From the NCBI GenBank assembly GCA_965208785.1, contig OZ242356.1, forward strand, positions 1,538,929-1,602,928: a stretch of 64,000 nucleotides of DNA, read 5' to 3'. Origin of the DNA: Acidimicrobiales bacterium (lineage in GTDB: Bacteria > Actinomycetota > Acidimicrobiia > Acidimicrobiales > Bin134). The notes beneath the pieces are model-generated. The model was not told where the DNA came from. It saw only the letters and a program-made list of their open reading frames with translations, and searched no databases. The position numbers and the translations under genes are program-made. Below are positions 58,201 to 64,000 of this stretch, piece by piece; the stretch's first letter is position 1, and each line of letters opens with the position of its first letter.

Positions 58201-58243
58201 GCGAGCTGTCAGCCCCCCGCGTCGAGGAGAAGCGCTTCTAGGC
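58175..58243. repeat. 28-bp direct repeat (27/28; 58175-58202 and 58216-58243, offset 41) duplicating the rplS 3' end including its stop codon
   Basis: cccgcgtc(a/g)aggagaagcgcttctaggc occurs twice, aligned base by base. Confidence 0.95.
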
Positions 58244-58275
58244 TAATTGTCGCTCCCCATGCTTATGGTGGAGGT

Positions 58276-58620
58276 ATGGCATACAAGCAGGCGTTGGGCC
58301 GTTGGGGAGAAGACCGAGTGGTCCGGTGGTATCGCCGCCATGGGTTCGAGGTTCTAGACCGCAACTGGCGGTCTCGACACGGCGAGTTGGATGTGATTGT
58401 GCGGCGTGGGTCTGTCGTTGCCGTGTGCGAGGTGAAGACCCGGTCGTCGAACGCGTTTGGTGCTCCAGCCGAGGCCGTCGGCTGGCAGAAGCAGCGGCGA
58501 ATTCGCCGGCTCGCCGCCCAGTGGCTGTCTGAGCAGGAGCACAGAGGGGTGGTGCAGCTCCGGTTTGACGTCGCCGAGGTGATGGGCCGAGAGCTCCGGG
58601 TCATCGAGTCGGCGTTTTAG
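58276..58620 (+). CDS. yraN: YraN-family (UPF0102) endonuclease-like protein
   Basis: G...GE......L...G..VL.RNWR...GELDVI.......V..EVK.R pattern, seen here as GEDRVVRWYRRHGFEVLDRNWRSRHGELDVIVRRGSVVAVCEVKTR. Confidence 0.8.
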   Translation: MAYKQALGRWGEDRVVRWYRRHGFEVLDRNWRSRHGELDVIVRRGSVVAVCEVKTRSSNAFGAPAEAVGWQKQRRIRRLAAQWLSEQEHRGVVQLRFDVAEVMGRELRVIESAF

Positions 58621-58627
58621 TCTGGCC

Positions 58628-58810
58628 TTAGCCCAGCACGGCCCACAGAATCAGTCCTATACACACCAGCAGGCCCGCGGCAACGTACCAGTAGTCAAAA
58701 GGCGTGCGTCGCTGCTTGCGTGTGGGATCAAAGCCGATATCCCAGTATGTTCCCACTGGTGGTGGCAAGGAAAGCCGTTGTTTCTGGACTGGCAGTTCTG
58801 GCCCTGGCAT
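58628..58810 (-). CDS. Possible small C-terminally anchored membrane protein
   Basis: 60-aa ORF ending in the hydrophobic helix YWYVAAGLLVCIGLILWAVLG. Its 5' part overlaps the cytochrome c gene start on the other strand, so the real start (if any) may be internal. Confidence 0.3.
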   Translation of the reverse strand: MPGPELPVQKQRLSLPPPVGTYWDIGFDPTRKQRRTPFDYWYVAAGLLVCIGLILWAVLG

Positions 58811-59124
58811 TTGCAGTCGCGTCCGGATGCGGATATGCCTCTTCTCCTGAGGTGGGGCAAGGGCCTGAAGGCACCCCTGATCCCGTGCTGGTATCCGGTC
58901 GGGCGGTGTACGCCGACCGGTGTTCGTCCTGCCACGACGCCGACGGCAGTGGGACCGGCGACGGCCCTCGGCTGAACCGGGGTCGGCTGTTGCGGGCGTA
59001 CTCAGACCCCGGCGGCGCCGTGGCGGTGGTTTCGAATGGTCGAGACCGGATGCCGGCTTTCGGCGGGCTGCTGACCGCGGATGAAATCGATGCGGTGCTC
59101 CGCTATATCAACGAGGTTCTCTGA
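58747..59124 (+). CDS. Class I c-type cytochrome, predicted lipoprotein
   Basis: Lipobox LAFAVASGC, heme motif CSSCH, distal RMPAF Met ligand. ATG 58747 (MFPLVVARK) is preferred over the track start at 58720. Confidence 0.75.
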   Translation: MFPLVVARKAVVSGLAVLALAFAVASGCGYASSPEVGQGPEGTPDPVLVSGRAVYADRCSSCHDADGSGTGDGPRLNRGRLLRAYSDPGGAVAVVSNGRDRMPAFGGLLTADEIDAVLRYINEVL

Positions 59125-59199
59125 CCAGGGGCACTTGTCACTGGCTTTCGCTATCAACGAGGTTCTCTGACCAGGGGCACTTGTCACTGGCTTTCGCTA
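59106..59199. repeat. Perfect 46-bp tandem duplication (59106-59151, 59152-59197) containing the cytochrome c last codons, stop codon and 27 nt of 3' flank
   Basis: tatcaacgaggttctctgaccaggggcacttgtcactggctttcgc occurs twice back to back, followed by ta. Confidence 0.95.
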
Positions 59200-59217
59200 A
59201 GGTCTCAAGACACGCTC

Positions 59218-60813
59218 GTGGCCGGCGCAATGGCCTCCTTCCAGGCACGAGGAGCCATCCTCGAGAAAGCACCATCCGTGCTCGCCACCATTCCCGCCTC
59301 CGTTCTCGCCGGCATCACCGGACATCCCGTTTCGGTTGAAGTCCACGTCTCTTCCGGCCTGCCCACCTTCACCGTCGTGGGCCTACCCGATGCCGCGTGC
59401 CGGGAGGCCAGAGATCGGGTTCGCGCCGCTTTGCTCTCCAGCGGTGTCGTTTGGCCCCCCGGCCGCATCACCGTCAACCTGGCGCCCTCGGGGATCCGAA
59501 AGGAGGGTCCGGGGCTCGACTTGGCCATCGCAATGGGCGTGATGGTTGCCGACGAGCAGCTGCCTGCTGAGGTCTTGGCCGGCGTGGCCTTTTTGGCCGA
59601 ACTGGGGCTAGACGGTCGCCTTCGGTCGGTGCCCGGCGTGCTGCCCCAGGTTCGCTGTCTGGATGCCGCCGCAGTGGTGGTGGCCCCGGAGAGCGCGGCA
59701 GAGGCTGCGTTGGCCAACGGCCCTGTGGTCCGGGCGCCGTCCACGCTGCGGAAACTTGTCTCCGCGCTGCGGGGCGAAGAGTGTTGGCCCGATCCACCCC
59801 GCGCCGGGTCGGAGAACCGGTTGGAAGAGGGTGTGGACCTGGCCGATGTGCGAGGCCAGCACATGGCCCGTTTGGGATTGGAAGTGGCCGCGGCAGGCGG
59901 ACACCACCTGCTGATGATCGGGCCTCCGGGCGCAGGGAAGACCATGTTGGCCCGGCGGCTGCCCGGGCTGCTTCCCCCGTTGGATGAGACCACCGCCATT
60001 GAGGTGACCATGGTGCATTCCGCCGTAGGCCTGGACCTGCCCACCTCAGGACTGATTCGCCGGAGTCCATGGCAGGCGCCTCACCACTCGGCTTCGATGG
60101 TCTCAATGGTGGGTGGCGGGAGCCAGACACTTCGGCCCGGTGCGATCAGCTGCGCCCATGGCGGCGTGCTGTTCTTGGACGAGATGGGAGAGTTCGCGCC
60201 CCAAGCGCTGGACGCGCTGCGCCAGCCGCTGGAGGAGGGGGTGATTCGAGTCAACCGGGCTACCGCGGTGGCCTCGTTTCCCGCCCGCTTCCTGTTGGTG
60301 GGGGCGATGAATCCCTGTCCATGCGGTGAGCTCGGGCAGCCGGGGATGTGCCGCTGCACCCCGGTGGCCCGACTGCGCTATGCCCGTCGGCTGAGCGGCC
60401 CGCTGCTCGACCGGTTCGATCTGAGAATCCATGTGGGGCGCCCGGAGGTCAGCGACTTGTTCGACGCCCCACCGGGGGAGTCTTCCGCTGCGGTCAGGCA
60501 GAGAGTTGATCGGGCACGAGCCATGGCCCGAGATCGGGGGGTGGTCTCCAACAGCGAACTGGGAGACGACGCGCTGGACCAACTCGCTCCCCTTGACCCA
60601 GAAGCCAAGAACCTGCTTGGCCGCTCCATCACGGAGGGTCGGCTTACCGCTCGAGGGTTCCAGCGGGTTCGCCGGGTTGCCCTCACGCTGGCCGATTTGG
60701 CCGAGCAGCCACCCCCCTTGAACGGGATGGTTGTCGCTCAAGCCCTGTTCATGCGCACGGAGCCGGTTACCGTCGCCCACGATCCCTGGAACTTCGCCAA
60801 TGTCGGGAGATGA
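59218..60813 (+). CDS. comM: YifB/ComM-family Mg-chelatase-like AAA+ ATPase
   Basis: Lon-protease-like N-terminal domain, then Walker A GPPGAGKTMLARRL, GVLFLDE and NPCPCG motifs. Confidence 0.9.
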   Translation: MAGAMASFQARGAILEKAPSVLATIPASVLAGITGHPVSVEVHVSSGLPTFTVVGLPDAACREARDRVRAALLSSGVVWPPGRITVNLAPSGIRKEGPGLDLAIAMGVMVADEQLPAEVLAGVAFLAELGLDGRLRSVPGVLPQVRCLDAAAVVVAPESAAEAALANGPVVRAPSTLRKLVSALRGEECWPDPPRAGSENRLEEGVDLADVRGQHMARLGLEVAAAGGHHLLMIGPPGAGKTMLARRLPGLLPPLDETTAIEVTMVHSAVGLDLPTSGLIRRSPWQAPHHSASMVSMVGGGSQTLRPGAISCAHGGVLFLDEMGEFAPQALDALRQPLEEGVIRVNRATAVASFPARFLLVGAMNPCPCGELGQPGMCRCTPVARLRYARRLSGPLLDRFDLRIHVGRPEVSDLFDAPPGESSAAVRQRVDRARAMARDRGVVSNSELGDDALDQLAPLDPEAKNLLGRSITEGRLTARGFQRVRRVALTLADLAEQPPPLNGMVVAQALFMRTEPVTVAHDPWNFANVGR

Positions 60814-62077
60814 GCTTTTGACCGGCGCCGGGGCGGTGCAGGCGCCCGAGGGATCGGTGCCATTTCAGGAGCAGTTCCCGTCTGCCAATGTCCAGGTTGC
60901 CAAAACGGCGCAAGGCCAAGTCCACCAGTGCTTCCGGGAGCTCCCGTCTGCCAATGTCCAGGCCGCGGGGGTGGGGGAGTTGCCGGTGGAGGCCTGGCTT
61001 GTGGCGTTGGCCTCTTTGTCTGCTGTGGGGCCGGCTCGGCTTCGCGCACTGCTCGCCATCGGGGGGCCGGCTGAAGTGTGGGCCAGCATCCATGGCCCAC
61101 CATCACCCGAGGTTGCCCGAGTGGCCGGGAAGCAAGACTTGTACGAGCAGTGGCGCCGTACTGCTGTCGGTCTCGATGTTGCCCAGTTGTGGTTGCAGCA
61201 CCGCGAGCATGGCATTGGCGTGGCAGCCCTGGGCGCTCCCGGATATCCGCCCGCATTGTCGGACGATTTGGATCCGCCCGCGGTGGTGTTCCACAAAGGG
61301 GATCCTCAGGTGGTCGGCGGCCCCCGTGTGGCCATCGTCGGCACCCGACGCTGCACACGCTATGGCAGCGATGTGGCGTTCGAGTTGGGTCGGGACTTGG
61401 CATCCGCCGGGGTGGGCGTTGTCTCGGGTCTGGCCCTGGGAATCGATGCTGCTGCCCATGCCGGCGCTCTGGATGCAAAGGGCGCTCCGCCCATCGCGGT
61501 TGTGGGCAATGGAATGGACAAGGTGTATCCAGAGCGCAATCGGTCTCTGTGGCGGGCGGTTGCCGATCAGGGAGTGCTGTTGGGCGAGGCGCCCTTGGGG
61601 GCTCCTCCAGAGCGGTGGAGGTTTCCCGCTCGGAACCGGATCATCGCGGCCCTTGCCGACGTCGTTGTCGTGGTGGAGTCCCACGCTTCGGGAGGGGCGA
61701 TGCACACGGTGGCTGAGGCGGCTGATCGAGACAGGGCGGTTATGGCCGTTCCCGGACCGGTGCGAAGTTCGGCATCAGACGGCTGTTTCGACCTGTTGGC
61801 CGATGGCTGCGCCCCTTGCCGCGGTGCCGATGATGTGCTGCTGGCTCTGGGCATGTCAGGCGCCGAGGCCAGCGGCCTTGACGCCCGTACGAGCCCTGGC
61901 GCAATCGGCCAGCGGGTGTTGGATGCACTGGGCTGGCAGCCCGCCGATGCCGAGCAGATTCGTGTTCGCTCCGGGCTGGACATGCCCGATGTGGCCGGAG
62001 CGGTGGAAGGGCTGCGAGCCGCGGGCTGGGTGGCGGTCTCGGGGCGCTGGATCGAGCGGATAGGCGCTCCCCGATGA
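60800..62077 (+). CDS. dprA: DNA-processing protein DprA with extended N-terminus
   Basis: Rossmann-like core VAIVGTRRCTRYG...SGLALGIDAAAHAGAL...VESHASGGAMHTV. ATG 60800 overlaps the comM end by 14 nt. Confidence 0.85.
   Translation: MSGDELLTGAGAVQAPEGSVPFQEQFPSANVQVAKTAQGQVHQCFRELPSANVQAAGVGELPVEAWLVALASLSAVGPARLRALLAIGGPAEVWASIHGPPSPEVARVAGKQDLYEQWRRTAVGLDVAQLWLQHREHGIGVAALGAPGYPPALSDDLDPPAVVFHKGDPQVVGGPRVAIVGTRRCTRYGSDVAFELGRDLASAGVGVVSGLALGIDAAAHAGALDAKGAPPIAVVGNGMDKVYPERNRSLWRAVADQGVLLGEAPLGAPPERWRFPARNRIIAALADVVVVVESHASGGAMHTVAEAADRDRAVMAVPGPVRSSASDGCFDLLADGCAPCRGADDVLLALGMSGAEASGLDARTSPGAIGQRVLDALGWQPADAEQIRVRSGLDMPDVAGAVEGLRAAGWVAVSGRWIERIGAPR
60876..60962 (+). repeat. 21-bp perfect direct repeat (60876-60896, 60942-60962; period 66, in frame) in the DprA N-terminal extension
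   Basis: tcccgtctgccaatgtccagg occurs twice, encoding (F/L)PSANVQ twice. Confidence 0.95.
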
Positions 62078-62119
62078 GGCCGGCGCCGGAGTTGTGCTGC
62101 CCGTCGGTAGTCTTGAGCA

Positions 62120-63031
62120 TTGATGGGCTGGGATCTGGATGCCTTTGCTGACTCGGCTGCATCGGTCAGCCGGAACACCGCGGCGATGTATTGCCGAGAG
62201 GTGGCCGCGTTGGCCGAGTGGCTCGGGCAATCCAGCAGCGGTGCTTCTCCGGATTCGGTACACCATGCGGGTCCAGGCGAAGTCGACCTCCGTGCGATCC
62301 GGAGGTACTTGGCCCATTTGAGCACGCAGGGCTATGCCCGTAAGACGGTGGCCCGAAAGGCATCGTCGTTGCGCCGCTACTTCCGATGGGCTGAGCGCAC
62401 TGGCCGAGTTGCCGCCGACCCCACAGTGGGCGCCACGGTGCCGATCCGAGAGCGCCGACTGCCCCGGGTGCTGCGCTCCGAGGAGTTGGACACCCTGTTG
62501 GAGCAGCCGCGGGCGGCGGTGGTCGACGACAGCCGCGCTCGCTGCCAACGCGACATCGCAGTGTTGGAACTGCTGTACGGAAGCGGTCTTCGGGTCGGCG
62601 AGGTGTGCGCCATCCGCGCGGGGGACATCGATTGGGAGCGTCGGCGTCTCACGGTGAAGGGCAAGGGGTCGAAGCAGCGGATCGTGCCGCTGAGCGAGCC
62701 TGCCGCGGCCGCACTGCTGGAGTGGATGGCCGATGGCCGAGAGGAGATGGCCGACCCGTCAGTTGCCGGGGACGCGGTGTTCGTGAATCTGCGCGGCCGG
62801 CCGATGAACACCCAGGCCGTCCGTCGGCTCGTGGACCGTCGGGCCAGCGTCAAGACCAACCCCCATGCATTGCGCCACACTTTTGCCACCCACCTGCTCG
62901 ACGGCGGAGCCGACTTGAGGCAGGTGCAGGAGTTGTTGGGCCACACCGATCTGGGATCCACGCAGATATACACCCATGTCAGCCGGGAGCGGCTCCGCAG
63001 CGTGGTGGAGGACAGCCATCCTCGAGCTTGA
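62120..63031 (+). CDS. xerC: Tyrosine recombinase XerC
   Basis: HALRHTFATHLL and LGHTDLGSTQIYTHV catalytic motifs. It holds the conserved position after dprA. TTG 62120 or ATG 62123. Confidence 0.85.
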   Translation: MMGWDLDAFADSAASVSRNTAAMYCREVAALAEWLGQSSSGASPDSVHHAGPGEVDLRAIRRYLAHLSTQGYARKTVARKASSLRRYFRWAERTGRVAADPTVGATVPIRERRLPRVLRSEELDTLLEQPRAAVVDDSRARCQRDIAVLELLYGSGLRVGEVCAIRAGDIDWERRRLTVKGKGSKQRIVPLSEPAAAALLEWMADGREEMADPSVAGDAVFVNLRGRPMNTQAVRRLVDRRASVKTNPHALRHTFATHLLDGGADLRQVQELLGHTDLGSTQIYTHVSRERLRSVVEDSHPRA

Positions 63032-63034
63032 TTG

Positions 63035-63101
63035 CATCTTTTTGCTTCCCCTCCGGTCAAAGTTCTTATAGCATTTTTTTCTTCCCCTCCGGTCAAAGTT
63101 C
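63035..63101. repeat. T-rich direct repeat (perfect 21-nt core cttcccctccggtcaaagttc at 63045-63065 and 63081-63101; ~31 nt with one indel) between xerC and the M23 gene
   Basis: Read directly. Period 36. It is markedly AT-rich relative to its surroundings. Confidence 0.9.
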
Positions 63102-63114
63102 ATGAGGAAATGCC

Positions 63115-63675
63115 ATGGCATGGGGATTGCGGATTGGCTGGGTGGCCGTGGCTGGGCTGGCCCTTCTGGTCGGGCCGACGGTGCATGGGCAGACCCCGCC
63201 ACCAGTGGGCTTCCTTGTTCGGCAAGCGGAGGAGTCGAAGGATGCGCCCAAGGAGTACTCACCCCCGGTTGACGCAGAGGTGGTGGATCATTTTCGGCCT
63301 CCGGCCCATGTGGGAGCACCGGGAAATCGGGGCTTTGAGTACAGTCCCGAGCCCGGCCGGCCGGTGTGGGCCTCCGCAGATGGCGAGGTTGTGTTCGCCG
63401 GGGCGGTGGCGCACAACCGGTTTGTCACTGTGTACCACCGCGATGGGTTGCGTACTGCTTACGGCTATCTGGGTTGGATCGCGGTAGCGGAGGGCGACTG
63501 GGTGGAAGCCGGGCAGTTGCTGGGCACCACCACCCAGCGCTTCTTCTTCAGCGTGAGGGCAGGCGATGCGTATCTAGATCCGGGCTTGGTCATGACCGCT
63601 GGACGCGTTCGGCTGGTGCCTCATCGCGATCCCCCCGGCCGAAGTCGGCTTTCTGCTTATGGCAACGGAATGTGA
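63115..63675 (+). CDS. Secreted M23-family (LytM-like) metallopeptidase
   Basis: Signal-like N-terminus (IGWVAVAGLALLVGPTVHG-QT) and GFEYSPEPGRPVWASADGEVVFAG...VTVYHRDGLRTAYGYL, typical of the M23 core. Confidence 0.75.
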   Translation: MAWGLRIGWVAVAGLALLVGPTVHGQTPPPVGFLVRQAEESKDAPKEYSPPVDAEVVDHFRPPAHVGAPGNRGFEYSPEPGRPVWASADGEVVFAGAVAHNRFVTVYHRDGLRTAYGYLGWIAVAEGDWVEAGQLLGTTTQRFFFSVRAGDAYLDPGLVMTAGRVRLVPHRDPPGRSRLSAYGNGM

Positions 63676-63803
63676 AGCGGCTATCGTTTGAAGCGGCCTG
63701 GAAGCAGTTCCCGGCTGAAGACAATCACCGCCCGGGGCATCCCACGGTCGCCGTCAGGTGCTGACCCCGGGTTTCGCTGAACCGCTGGGAGAGGAGAATC
63801 ACC

Positions 63804-64000
63804 ATGGCGCCTGTCGTGACCATGCGTCAGCTGCTCGATGCCGGGGTCCACTTCGGACACCAGACCCGCCGATGGAATCCGAAGATGCAGCGTTTCATCT
63901 TCGGAGAGCGCAACGGCATCTACATCATCGATCTGACCCAGACCCTTGCCTACATTGAGGCGGCTTACACCTATGTGCGCGATCTGGTGGCCAAAGGCGG
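63804..64000 (+). CDS. rpsB: 30S ribosomal protein S2, N-terminal part (3' end outside window)
   Basis: My own translation from ATG 63804 (GAGGAG 8 nt upstream): [47 protein letters not shown]. It is absent from the track because no stop falls inside the window. Confidence 0.9.
   Translation, partial: MAPVVTMRQLLDAGVHFGHQTRRWNPKMQRFIFGERNGIYIIDLTQTLAYIEAAYTYVRDLVAKG

Overview
This is a 64-kb segment of a high-GC, Actinomycetota-type chromosome. The taxon is inferred only from gene order and the Kgd-type fused 2-oxoglutarate dehydrogenase. I found no rRNA, tRNA or CRISPR array. Most of the window is conserved housekeeping synteny: (a) tlyA-[hicAB]-nadK-recN-pyrG-nudix-xerD-HD (1-7.1 kb); (b) amidohydrolase, kgd, xthA and a CPA2 antiporter with USP domains (7.1-15.1 kb); (c) zincin peptidase, CoA-transferase III, PIG-L deacetylase, galE and pckA (27.6-35.2 kb); (d) the long block yloV-recG-GNAT-rsmD-coaD-yceD-rpmF-plsX-acpP-rnc-mutM-smc-htrA-ftsY-ffh-rpsP-KH-rimM-trmD-rplS-yraN-cytochrome c-comM-dprA-xerC-M23-rpsB (38.2-64 kb). 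Two accessory patches interrupt this. Patch 1 (15.1-27.4 kb) holds a visibly lower-GC two-gene cassette (HTH-ImmA/IrrE protease plus DUF4411 PIN-like nuclease) bracketed by 75-bp direct repeats that duplicate the 3' end of a short UvrD-like helicase gene. It also holds a DUF222-HNH endonuclease, decayed fragments of a Type ISP restriction-modification enzyme, a degraded DDE transposase, and a ~1690-aa secreted Calx-beta repeat protein. That giant gene carries runs of 21 and 52 consecutive proline codons and is preceded by C14 and G15 homopolymer tracts. Patch 2 (35.5-38.1 kb) holds a secreted repeat protein, a tandem array of four small two-helix membrane proteins, and a mazEF module. A recurrent theme is short-range direct duplication of 21-75 bp, often containing the stop codon and last codons of a gene (nadK, helicase, rplS, cytochrome c) or lying in frame in disordered tails (ftsY, ffh, dprA). 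All functional calls come from motif recognition by eye, with no database search. Many long antisense ORFs in the track are high-GC artefacts and were rejected.
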